A stretch of DNA of 64,000 nt from Calcarisporiella thermophila CBS 279.70. Lineage: Eukaryota; Fungi; Calcarisporiellomycota. Location of the stretch: assembly GCF_041956535.1 (NCBI RefSeq), contig NW_027192192.1:995796-1059795 (forward strand). Reading direction: 5' to 3'. The notes beneath the pieces are model-generated. The model worked only from the letters and a program-made list of their open reading frames with translations, ran no database searches and was not told where the DNA came from. The position numbers were made by a program, and so were the translations under genes. Of the stretch, positions 24,536 to 36,652 are shown one piece after another (within the stretch, counting starts at the first letter, position 1; every line of letters starts with the position of its first letter).

Positions 24536-24797
24536 TACCATAGTGGCCTCTTTTTTTTTTCTATTCTTGAATCATCACTAATAACATGCTCCATTCGTCC
24601 CTAAACTCGTGCTAATGGCCCCAAAACAAGATTATATGATTATTTCTCTTCATTTTAATAAAATCGTAGGATGCCTTCTTTGATAGTGAGAACCTCAAAT
24701 TCGAATAGCCGTCACACCATAACGTCATTCTCCTTCGAGAAAAAGAAAACACTAGCGAAATCTGTATTCTATCACCACCACATCTATTTCACAAAAA

Positions 24798-25293
24798 ATG
24801 TCGGCCAACTTCCTCCGAGCCTCGCGTGTGCTTGTTGCCAGACGCTACGCTAGCACCATCAACACTGCCAAGGTGTCAGAAACCGTGACAAAGGCAACGA
24901 AGGCTGGACAAGGGATCGTCAAGAAGTTGATTGGTAAGAACGAATCGGATCTTGATTCCCGGAATCCCATTCACTGATTCCGTATTTACCTTGAAATGAA
25001 CAGACCTCGAAAGACCCATCATCAACAATGCCCTTGTAGTAAAGGAGCTCGCCAAGGAGGTTTACATCCGCGAGGGCATGGCATTCCCTTCTTCAGCTCA
25101 GTGGAATCAGGCTAAAGAGCAGGCCACCAAGGCTCTCGACATTAACTATCTTAAGTCCCTCAGCGTTACAGACGCCGCCAAGGCTGCCATCTACTCTGTG
25201 GAAGTGGCGGGAATTTTCTTCATTGGCGAAGTCATCGGCAGAAGGAGTTTAATTGGCTATAATATTCCGACCGAGAAAAAGGAGCACCACTAA
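24798..25293 (+). CDS. ATP20: Mitochondrial ATP synthase subunit g
   Basis: Presequence, VVKELAKEVYIREGMAFPS, EVAGIFFIGEVIGRRSLIGY (GxxxG); one intron. Confidence 0.93.
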
Positions 25294-28023
25294 GTGATCT
25301 ACTTTGAAAAAGGGTCACCTTTTTTTTTCCCAAAGAAAAACCAGGCCCAAAGTTTAATCCTTTATTTTTCCTGACAGATGTTAGACCGCTCCTTTTATTC
25401 ACTTGCCTCTGTTTTGTTTTTCTATGACATTTTTCTATTATTTTTGTCGATCTCTATGAGATGAACATAGATTTTTTATCTTATAAAAAGAGGTTCGGAA
25501 AGCGTTCAACTCTATTTTGTGCTTCCCTCGTCGACAAACGAAAAAGGTTAGAAACTAATATGGATTCAGAAACGAGTTCTGGGCCATCCTGGACAAGCTC
25601 ATCAAAAACGTGAATTTCCAAAGCACTTAATCAATAGGATCTAGGATGTATCGATGGACAGGTTTCGGGGAGAAGGGCCAGGAGATGATGCTCATGCAGA
25701 TAAATGGACCAATTCGAACTAATCACAAAGCAGGTTTGAAGGGGAGGATAGGACAACTCCACTACAACAATGACATAAGCGCCGACGCAAGAGGATAAAA
25801 AAAACAGAAGAGGTTTGACATGGTGAGCCTCAGTTCATCTTGGTCGGTGCGGTAGACTGAAGCCATTGAGGAGCTCGCTCCGTCACTCAAAAGGAGTGAA
25901 CATGCCGATCTCACGGTTAAATATCCCTTAAGGCATAGAGCAGAAATTGGCTTACGTGTTGGCCGAAGCCGCATGGTGCCTAATTCAGGGAAAGCTTATG
26001 ACTACAGCATTATGTGCAGAGGGCCAAGTGGCTATCTGATCTTGTCGCGATGATCCTCAACTTAATAGTAATAGCTAAGGTGACGATGAGTGAATTTTAT
26101 GCATGGCTTTGGATTCATTCTCGGAGACAGAGCGGGCCAAAGCCAACCCGAAAATCACAGTCGTAGGAAGGGTTGAAGCCTATCCAGCGTTTAGTTTTCA
26201 AAGGCATGGTTGATAACGGTGATTTTCTTGTGGAGAGCAGCTTGGAATCGCTCCGATGTACATGCTCGATTGCCATCCTCCTATCCTTCTGGCATTGTCG
26301 TAGACTACCCTGTTCTCTCCATTCGTTTGCAAAGGTTGTCGCGCTTATTATTTGCAATTCCCTGGCCCCAAGGGTGGCACAAAGACATAGGAGGGGGGAG
26401 GGGGGATAAAAGGAGGCAGGTGCTTTTATTATATTTACTACATTGGTCAATTAATTACCCTCCCACTGAGAAAATGGATGCAATCTGAGAAATGGGAGCA
26501 CTACAGCACAAAGGAAAATAAAGCCTAAGTCCTGTTCGTCTCTCCGCATTTGTATGTAATAACTGTCTCCTCTAGGCTTTCTCCAGAGCTTGGGAGGGGA
26601 GGGGACGAGTCACCCGTAATGCTCGTTAACCAGCTCGCTGAAAACATAGAATATATTAAGCTTTGTTAACCTGCATAAAAATGGCGGAATGCACAGGCCA
26701 CACGATCAAGCTTTCCAGATGGATCAAAACAAAAGCTTCGCGGATGCATGCCAGGCGGACCTCTTGCATTTTTGACTAGTTTGGCCGAAAACAACGCGAA
26801 ATAAATCATCATTGCCGCCTCCCCCCACCCCTCCATACTGGAAGCCACGCTGACTTTCGGGGCTCCCGGTGCAACATCTGTTATTTTCCGGGAATAATTT
26901 AGCCAAACAATGGCGAGCGCGGGTGTTCCCCTCCTCTCCTCCCCAAGGGGTCTATTTTCGATCGGATCCAGGCGATGCCATGCTCTCACCAAATTAGACG
27001 CGGATGTAGCCACCCCGGGTTTCTAGTGCTTCAGGGCAAGGGGAGCCTCCTGCATTGAGCTCCTAATTCCCCAGGGAACGCTGCCCTCCTTTCTCGGCAT
27101 CTCGGGCACAGAGGCCCTCGCCTCTCCCTCGTTTCTCCGTCGGCAGCCTCCCTCGGCCTCTCCCAAAAAAATTAAATGCTGGCCGGAGAGTTTCTGGTAA
27201 TGCTTTTTTGACGTGGATTTTTTTTTGGGACGCTGCGGTTGCTGGTGCACTTGTGAATTCTCGCGTCATGGCAGGCACTGTTCTCCTCGGAGTGCATGAG
27301 GGTGGTTGAGCCCATTTCTTTTTTTGCGCTTCTTTTTCCTTGCAGCTTGTGGTCTCGAGTCATACGTCACCGTATATTACTAAATAGACGGTGAACAGCA
27401 CTGCCACGGTCCTCTTCCTGCTCGGCCGGCGAAAAATCCGTCGTCCTATGCAGCGCTTCCGCAGGTGCGTCCTATCTGCGAGTGTGCCAGTCTACATCAT
27501 CGACTTATCGGGGCTAAATTTAAAAAAGAACCGCTTCCCTTCCGCCTTCCCTCGGACCTAGGCCATAGCACAAGGCCAATGGCGGAACATCCAAGAGAAA
27601 CCATGGCTTGTAGTCGTTGGAACCCCTATGTGCAATGAATCGGATGCGCTCTCACCGGAATACGGCCTAGACCCCTTGGCCAGAGCAAGGACCAATAACG
27701 TCAATATGCGAGAACAAGGTCTATCAATATTATGAATCCCGTTTGCTCTTGGGCGATGGCTCTCCATAAACCTTCTGCAAGCCCCGCTGGCTATGCTCCC
27801 ATCAAACTATGTAGGGAAAATCAAGTTTATTTCTTGGTTCGTTGGCTCCAGCTTCCACAGCAGCCTGCCTGTTGCTTTTTTTTTCGTGCTGTTGCCTAGT
27901 GTGTTTAGTGTTTTTTTGTGTGCTATGCACGACTTCCGTGGGGAGAAAGAGTGCAGAAGGTTCTGCAAAAGCTTCTGACCACCTTTCTTCGGCCCCTCCA
28001 CGGCCTGCAGCGACACAACTGTC

Positions 28024-28035
28024 TATAAAATATAA
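28024..28035 (+). promoter_or_regulatory. TATA box of CFA synthase gene
   Basis: tataaaatataa followed by a pyrimidine-rich tract, about 215 nt before ATG 28243. Confidence 0.5.
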
Positions 28036-28242
28036 ACTCTCCCTTGTTTTTATTCCGTTTTTCTTTTTCTCCCTCACTCTCGACCACGCTCTGGTGGAAC
28101 GGATACCGTGTTCCTTCCGTCTGTCTTCTTCTCTCCTCCTGTCTCGTTCTTCCTCAGCGCTCCCGCTCGGCTCCGGTCTAGTCTTCCCTACTCAACACTA
28201 CCGCGGCATCTCAATTGGTCGAATAGAAACTCTTCTGCCAAC

Positions 28243-30003
28243 ATGTACTCAAGGCAAAAGGAATCGAATTCCTCGTCAATATTGCTTGAATTCATCGAGA
28301 ATGGAGTCCAGACATTGAAGGACTACGCAGTACAGGGTTCCTTTAAGCCAGTCGTAAACCTGGGTAATGGTCTGGCTTGACTGACCTACCCCCTCCACAG
28401 AGAACCTGATTTTTCTCTTCTCAATGACTTCTAGCCAAATACGCGCTCTGTTCCACCATGGGAAACATCAAGGTGGGGTACATACGCGTAGCGTGCTCAG
28501 ACCATATCCACGAGTTTGGTGACCGAGAAAGCGATATGCGCGTCCACCTAAAAGTGGTCAGCGAGGCGTTCTGGGTCCGAGTATTGCTGTTCTCAGATAT
28601 GGTACGGTCAATGGACCCCTCTGTTTTCAAATGCTATTTGGGGCAATGGAAGTTGGTATTCATCGTGGTCTACCTTATAGGGATTCGCCGAGTCATACAT
28701 GAACGGCGACGTCATCTGCGATAACTTGGTGGGGCTGATCCGAGTAAGCATACTAGGTTTATTGCGCTTACCCTCGCGTATCAACTCTAATCGCAAGCTC
28801 TAGATTTTCATTGCCAACCGTGAGCACCTGAACGATCTCGCCACCGCCTCCTCTTCCCTCTTCCAGCTCTTCTCTTACATTGCCAACTCACGACTCGCCA
28901 ACACCATCAACAACGCGGTCAACAACATCTCGAGCCATTACGACATCTCGAATAACATGTTTGCCACCTTCCTAGATGAGACCATGACCTACAGCTGCGC
29001 CTACTGGAAATCACCCTCGGATTCCCTCAAGGATGCGCAGCTGAACAAGATTAGGAAGGTCATAGAGTTGGCGAAAATACACTCGGGCGATCACGTGTTG
29101 GAAATTGGAAGCGGGTGGGGCTCCTTCGCTATCGAGGTAAGCGTCTCCGACCCCCTCCCTCTCCCCCTCTTTTGGGAAATGGGGGGATGCAAGAGGGCCC
29201 GATGGCTGACGTAGGCCTTTGGTTGCTTTAGGCTGTCACGCGCACTGGCTGCAAGGTCACCACCATCACGCTTTCCGTCGAACAAAAGGTGCTTGCTGAG
29301 GAGCGGATCGAGGCAGCGGGGCTTTCCTCGCAGATCCAGGTTCTACTTTGTGACTATCGCAACCTGCCGGCCTATCACCAATACGATAAAATAGTCTCCA
29401 TCGAGATGGTGGAGGCCGTTGGGGCCGAATTCTTGCCCACCTATTTTGAATGCTGCCACAAACTTCTGCGTCGAAAAGGGGGCATTATGGTTTTGCAAGG
29501 CATCACGATGCCGGAGAGCCGGTACGAGAGCTACTGCAAGCAGGTCGATTTCATTCGTAAGCACATTTTCCCCGGTAAGTAGGAGGCATAGGCCTCAATA
29601 GCGCCTGCTCTGGCTGAAAGACCTAACCTTTTGAACCTGTCCACCGCGCGTGGTTTCTTCAGGAGGGCATTCGCCATCCCTAACTACCCTTATGGTCGCT
29701 GCACAAAAAGGTTCTGAGAACCAGCTCATTCCCCACCAAGTCATCAATATTGGACCCCATTACGTTCGGACCCTTCGGTTATGGAGGGAACGCTTTCTCG
29801 ACACTTTTGAGTGCGAGATCACGGCCGCCCTCAAGGAGCAAAGTCCGGGAATGACCCAACGGGAACTCGATGTTTTCAGGCGTAAGTGGGAGTACTATTT
29901 TGCATACTGCGAGGGAGGATTTGTGTCGGGAACCCTTGGGGTGCACTGGCTGGTGCTCAAACGCGAATCAGACCCTACATTTACCGAGGGGGTGCCACTT
30001 TGA
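28243..30003 (+). CDS. cfa: Cyclopropane-fatty-acyl-phospholipid synthase family SAM methyltransferase
   Basis: GFAESYMNGD, NISSHYDISNNMFATFLDETMTYSCA, VLEIGSGWG, YDKIVSIEMVEAVG, FIRKHIFPGG, RKWEYYFAYCEGGF; 5 introns. Confidence 0.94.
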
Positions 30004-30884
30004 TCGCATCCATATCCATTTAATTAAGTATCGCGTTCCAACCATCCTATTCCGCCTTCACTTTAATGCTATGATATCCCCATATCATATTTCTTTATTT
30101 CACCCCTTGCACTCTATTCGAATTATTCTCCCTCTAGTTGTTTTATTATCATGTTATATTTATCATCCTTCTCAGAAAAATGTTCATTTCTCTTTTTATA
30201 AACAATGATGGATATGTCACAGGCATTTTTTTTAATACATTTTCTCAAGGAATTTCCATTATTTCTGGTATACCCGTCTTGTTCCCTCCCTCCTTTTCCT
30301 CTTTCTTATACTTTAATAAGAAATTGTCTGGTTGTTCCCCAGCATTGAGCATGACTTGTTCACCAGAGAGGGACACGGTTCACATCGTGAAGGGGGGGGA
30401 GGGTTGAGGGTAGTGAGAAACCACGATGAATGAAAAATCAGATAAAGCGCATTAACACCTATGTCGACTCTGAGTGACTAGACCCTTTAACAAAGGAAAT
30501 ATGGGTTTGAATAGAGTAGGGTAAAACTTGGGTTGTCTTTTGCAACCATTGCAGGCGTAACCCCTATGGGTGCAGGACGATTTCCCGGTAAAATGGTAGA
30601 GGATTCAAATGGACCCACGTTTTCACTAAAATTGAAATATTGTATTAGATGAATTGTGTGGATTAGTAAACCCGCGACTGGCATTAATTCCCGTTTAAAA
30701 TGTCAAGAATTACGATATTCTTAATATCCCCAAAGCCCAATTTATTACAACCCTAAAAAAGACATGAGCTACATTAACTTGATATGACAACCTGTCAACC
30801 CTCGCTTCCTCTTTATGTTCGAGATACAAACCTGGACGGAGTGTTTTCTTTTCCCTCTTGTTTTTCTATTTAACTGCATGTAAT

Positions 30885-30960
30885 ATTTTTTTTTTTTCAA
30901 AATTCTCTTTGTTACATTATTTTATATTATTATTATTATTATATTATATTATATTATAAA
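30885..30960. repeat. Poly(T) and (TAT/TA)n low-complexity tract
   Basis: tttttttttttt...ttatattattattattattatattatattatattata. Confidence 0.7.
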
Positions 30961-31021
30961 AGAGAAAAAGACATATAGCCACAGACTTGATCTCCTGCTT
31001 CCATACTTGTTTATTTTAGTA

Positions 31022-31860
31022 ATGTGCGCAGCCATCAAGAGGTCGAACGACGGCCGCTCTATTCAACTCCCTAAACTAACCAACCCATTAGAGTTGTGGT
31101 CACATAATCATAAAAGAAATGCAAATGAAAGCCGCATCGCCTCTGATGTGGATACGCCTGCCAATATTTCCACGAGGCCAACTCCACTCGAGCCCAGAAT
31201 TTCCAACCTGCCGCGAAATGAAGGTGCTTTTATTCGAAAGACGAGCAGACCGCAGGAAGAGAATGAACGGGATGCAAGCAGACTGAAGAGAATGAAAATC
31301 GAGAATATATTAATTTCAAGCAATATTGAAAACCTGTTAGTTGGCCTGTACATTATCACTTATTATGCACTCGTTTCACATTGAATATATTGCCTTTTAG
31401 AAAGCTACACAATGGTCAGGAACCTCTCTTTCAAAACCACACTTGCATATCTTCTGAGCGCGTGGTCAGTGCGAATCCCTTGGGTGACAAACCTCGCATA
31501 CGTTCTCCGTTAAAACCCCCTCCTCGTCCAACTGAAAGCATGATGAAGAGTATCCAAGTCGCACTCGAGCTGAAGGAGCAGCAGCAGTCCCTCATTAAAG
31601 GAGGAAGCACTCGCTCTCAATCTAGGAAGAGCAAAGAAACAACGAAGGAGAATCCAAATGTATCCGGATTAATGAAGACCAAAAGCAGTACAGCTGCGCT
31701 TCAAACCTCTCTACAGCACATCAAGGCACTCTATACCGCTTTATTAGCTCCCCAAAGATGCCCTATGGGATGCAAGGCGATCGATATGCTTGTTTGGAGA
31801 GAACTGGAAAACTTGGCGAGGAGAGTGGAAAACTTGGAGAAAAAGTTGGAGACCAAATAA
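31022..31860 (+). CDS. Hypothetical protein with C-terminal coiled coil
   Basis: Intron 31336-31400 joins two ORFs in frame (NIENL|KLHNG); ends ELENLARRVENLEKKLETK. Start uncertain. Confidence 0.6.
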
Positions 31861-32066
31861 CGACGTTGGGTACACTCAAGTTATTGTAATTTTCGTTGTA
31901 TTATTTTACTTTTTTGTATACATGTATGCATAGACAAACATATAGAATAAATTAGGTCGAATGGCATGCTCAAAAGGAGCAGGGGAGCCATGTTGAATAA
32001 CATTATATTAATAATAGCATTCTAATCAATAAATAACGTTGGTTTGCAACACAAGATATCCATTCA

Positions 32067-32764
32067 TTACATCAGCGGATAATAGATATTATCAGGACGG
32101 TTAGTGGCAGCAATCGAGAAAAGCATACGGAAGAGGGAGTAGAAGAAGAGCTGGGGATAAAAGTTAACGATCTTGCTGAGGAAGCATTGTGTTGGATACT
32201 TCAAAACAAATCCAATACTTACCACCACATAGAGACCAATTTTGATATAGAGCTCCTTCTTGTGCCTTCCAAGCTGCCTAAACACCTCAGTTGCATCGAA
32301 GAGATGTTTATTTTCTTTGATTCTGGAATGCAAATAATATAAAAGGAATGAGGATAGATTGAGCTGCAGCTGTTAGGATGGGTTTTACTTTTTAGCATTC
32401 CACGCTACCAGCGGAAGATTCATAAGGAACGTGAACCAGTGGCCCGTAACTAGGGAGGCGAAAGCGAAGAATGCCTGAATCCCAGCCTCTGGGAGAACAG
32501 CCTAATATGATTAAAAAGAGTAAGATTCAAGTAATCAATGCTGACCCCATGCTTTTCCGGTTACCTTATTCAATCTTCTACTACAATCAATGGGGTTCAC
32601 ATAATCGGTCTGAAATCAATAATAATTGATTAACTCAAACCCTGATCATTCGGGTATGAAAAATTTACCTCCAGATCCGCAATCATCATGAAAAAGAAGA
32701 TCTTGATGGACAGAAGCAAGAGACTCAGAACAGTCGAGAAAGCAAAGAATAATGCTTCTCCCAT
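32067..32764 (-). CDS. ERV14: Cornichon-family ER-export cargo receptor
   Basis: Spliced: MGEALFFAF...MIADLE|TDYVNPIDCSRRLN..LPEAGIQAF...GHWFTFLMNLPLVAWN..HLFDATEVFRQLGRHKKELYIKIGLYVV|LFFYSLFRM; 4 introns. Confidence 0.9.
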
Positions 32765-33490
32765 CTTGATTAGAGTTTCAGTGGAAATTGGATGATTAAG
32801 GCAAAGTATTCGAGTAACTTAATTAAAGTTATTCTAAAATACTGCCACTCCAGATTTGGAATTGGGAATCATCCCCAAAAGGAAAAGCAAATGTTAACTT
32901 CCGGGAAACTGGGAGCCGGAAAGGAGAGAAAGTATCGAATCCCTCAACAAAACTAGCCGTGTATTCTTAACCTACAGCTTGTAATCACCCCCACGACCTT
33001 TGGTCAACTTCACGTATCGGCTCACCTGAGGCACCAACTTTGGCCTCTCTCATTATTGATGTGTATAAAATCAAAGAGATTTGGCCAAAAAGTATTATTT
33101 ATACAGAGATGTGAACGAATTAAGTGCCCGAGGACGGAGTAGCTTGGGCGAAAAATGTATTCGAAAGAGATCATTTATGGGTGGAGAATGGCAATGGAAA
33201 TATATGCTAGTTCACTTCCAAGAGAGTGCTTCCAGCTGGCAAAATCGAGTTAATAAGACCCGGAATTGCAGGATCCATCAAGTTTTTCTGGTCTTTAGTC
33301 AATGTTCTGACATTTCCATTCTCAGCTTCATAAGTTAAATTGTCTATTTGAGTTTTAAAGTGAAAATTACCATAATTAACCATTTTTTATCGAGTCAAGG
33401 ATGGCTAAGCCACCAAACCCCCATAAAGATGTTGCGCGGAAAAAGACAGCAGTTGCATAATTGCAGTTAATCTTCAGCAGTTGTGTTATT

Positions 33491-35979
33491 ATGGCCATGT
33501 TGGCTAATAGTGATTTACAATTAGCCCCTTATGTTAACAGAGGCATGAGGGATGTTTCGGAAGAAGAATGGTGTATAGCCGCTGCATCCTGGAATCATCA
33601 ACTCTCTCGCCTACTCAAACTTCCAGAAAGCGAATTCCGCCAAAATATCGAGACAAACCCTACCGTACTCCATTTCATCGAATCTTTTCTCCACACCCAC
33701 CCGCGTATCCCCTCTTTCCATATTTCGCCTTCATATAAGGCGGTCACACTAGAAACCAATCTTCTTAAACGAGTTCTCATGTTTATTATGCGAATATCCA
33801 GCGTGTCGCTACGAGAAGAGGAGCGTTGGATAGTTGATCCGCCAGTGCTATTGGATCTTGCAGCATTGTATGGAAGAAACAACAGATCCAGTGTAGGCCA
33901 GATTTACAAGAATGTGCAGTCATGGAGGGTAGATCTTATGGAGGAGTTCAAACCCATTGTGGATTCCATTGTCGAACTGCTCACTGACATTGAACAGACT
34001 TATGCCGAGAGCGATGGAGAAGGGGACAATACTCTGGCCTCTGGGCAACACAGCGCGATGTTTAACTGTCTACTCGACATAAGTGTGACCATTGCAGGAC
34101 TTTGCTGTGTTTCCTATGAAATTGCTTCCTTATTTTGTCGGCACGGCGAGTTTTGGCGCGTGCTTATGCGGATATACAACGTTGCACTTCCACGCATGTG
34201 GCCACTTGTATCACAGAATATGGACAAAGGAGGCAAAGTGGACGTAGAGGGTGCGGAATGGTTTTTGGTGGAGACGGCAAAAGAGGCGCTATTGGCAATA
34301 GCAGGCTTTTCACTTGACGCTTTGTTCTTCCTCCATTTTGGCTTTCGCTCTTCCGAGGACGGCAGAGCGCTTGAACCTTTCGAGTCTTTTGAAACAAGCG
34401 AAGCAGAAAATGCTCTGGAGCAGCTGAATGATCTCTTTTTTTGGATGCTAGAGCAATCACAGATCGATCGGCCCGCTCCAACCCATGCAGACACCCAGCT
34501 GTTGGTTGACCTTGAGATAGAGTGGCGGATGAGCAATAAGCTGAGACGGATACGCAGCGAAGCCTTTGCAGGTGATGAAGCACGCCTTGATTACATCATC
34601 ATGTCTTTCGAGCAAATCAGAGACATGAATATGAGTATGGATGGAGATACGCGGAGAGCACGTCTAGAACGGATTGTGAACGCTGCTTCAGGGAAGCATA
34701 AGCGAAAGAGTAAACCTCTTAATGGCACGACTCAGGTAAACACCACAGAGGGCCCACCCTCTCCTCCCATTTTACTTAGCACTTCACTGATAGGCCGACC
34801 CTGGTTATGTCGATCGCACCCTACGCATTTCACACATTCAAGATCTCTTCCCCGACTTAGGCGACGGATTCATTGAGGAGTGTTTGGTGGAATTCAATGA
34901 CGACACAGAGGCTGTTATAATGCGGTTATTGGAGGGAACATTACCGGAACGATTAAATAGCCTGGATCGCAAAATGCCGCGGTAACTAGAACAGCTTTTT
35001 CTGTTCCGAGAGCTTATTATAACATATGCGCTCCTCTCTTTTGTTTTAGTGCCATCTCGTCCCCTTCAGCACTTCCTCCTGCATATTCAGACCTAGACAA
35101 CTTGGAGACCGATCTGGCCCGAATGCAGGTTGAGGAGAGTCCTCTATCTCAGCGTAGGAATATCCACGATAATGATGAATTCGATGTGTTTGCCGGTCGT
35201 CAACTTGATCCGGAACGGGTCCATATCGGAAAGAAGGGGTATTTTATCTTAAGCTGCATACTTGCTCTAGCAGGCAATTAAATCTTATCACGGCTTTTAT
35301 AGTGGAGTGAATGCAGACAGATTATTGAATGATAAGAGTTTTGTCCAAGAATACAAATCCGATATTATTGAGGCAGCTTACAATACCTATGAGGATGAAT
35401 ATGACGACACATACGACACGAGTGGAATGAACATGGGTGCGGTTGAGGTGCGTCTTGTGGATGAATATGAGGGCGAAGGCAAACAGCAGACACAGGTTGA
35501 TCCCGGCATTCTAAACGAGAGCGAACTCATCCGGTTGTTTGTTACGGATCCCGCGGTCTTTGAACGGACTGCAAGTGCACGGAGATCGACTAAGCGCGAG
35601 CAAATGCGCCGTACAATGCAGATGACAGATGAGCAGATTGAAGGATGGTTTATAATGTTCCAGCGCAATGTAATTTTTTTTTTTGGTTAGTACTGGCAGA
35701 GGCTCTTGGTATACTCATATATTTTTGCCTCTTTAGCCACGGAAAGACAAGTTGATCGAGAAATACGAGTGGAAAGGCGAGCAGCGTGAAGTTCCGCGCG
35801 AAAATAATCCTCAAGAGGACAAGCCGGCAAACAGAAGAAAGCCTCCAGCTGATCGACCACCCGTTTCCCCCGAGCGACAGCGTGCAAATAAAGAGCGAAG
35901 CAAAGGAAAACGCGCAAATCACAACAGACGTGCTATGCATGATAAAAAAATGATGCGTTCGGTACAAGGAGGACTATAG
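33491..35979 (+). CDS. CUE3: CUE-domain ribosome quality-control trigger subunit (Cue3/ASCC2)
   Basis: CUE ISHIQDLFPDLGDGFIEECL...LLEGTLP; RRNIHDNDEFDVF; YEDEYDDTYD; C-terminal KGKRANHNRRAMHDKKM; 4 introns. Confidence 0.9.
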
Positions 35980-36129
35980 ATTTCTTAAAATTAAAGATTT
36001 TTTTTTCTCGGAAGCAGTGCTCCCTAGTCTCGACTTTCTCTCGAAAGGAACAAGTGATAAATAGTATTCAAAAAATGTATTAAAGCAAGCAGACAAGATA
36101 CGTTGAAAATCCTTTTGAATACACTCTAT

Positions 36130-36478
36130 TTATTTCTTCTCCTCCTCCTCTGCCAACTTCATGAATTCCCGAATAATTTCGTCTTCATCCTTGGATGCAG
36201 GTGGTTCAGGCCGAGGTGCAGGCTTGGATTTCGAGCCCCTCGTGGCAAGATAGGTCAGGCCACCGAAGGTGCCAATTGTACCCAAAGCAAGCTAGAAAAG
36301 CGGAACAAATAAAAAGACAGGTTTAGAAAATGTTGCTATTAGAGGTGGAATAAGGCATCCAAATCGCTGCGGCAGCATATCCGAGATTCTTCATATCAAA
36401 GGGCCGCGTATTCTTTTCGATCTTACTTACCCAGTGATTGGCAACCTTACGTCCGGCAATGATATAGTAGCCTCCCAT
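36130..36478 (-). CDS. ATP19: Mitochondrial ATP synthase subunit k (missed by ORF track)
   Basis: MGGYYIIAGRKVANHW|LALGTIGTFGGLTYLA...SKDEDEIIREFMKLAEEEKK; intron 36292-36430. Confidence 0.9.
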
Positions 36479-36652
36479 AGTTAATTCGCCAAAGTTATTT
36501 CAGAATTATTTGTAAAAATCCGCGAGAACTTCGAATTGCAAGGGACGATATAGACTAGAGAACTGCGCCTCAGAGGCTTTTCTCTCACATTAAACAAATT
36601 AGAGTTGAAACGGAGGGATCGCGTCGAGAGCGAACGCGCACCACTTAAGATA

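Noticed and set aside
25560-26500. Possible degraded gene or transposon relic
   Set aside because: Only short ORF fragments; no consistent splice model, terminal repeats or domain motif.
30487-30684. 65-aa - strand ORF
   Set aside because: No domain, no extendable splice model; lies in intergenic sequence.
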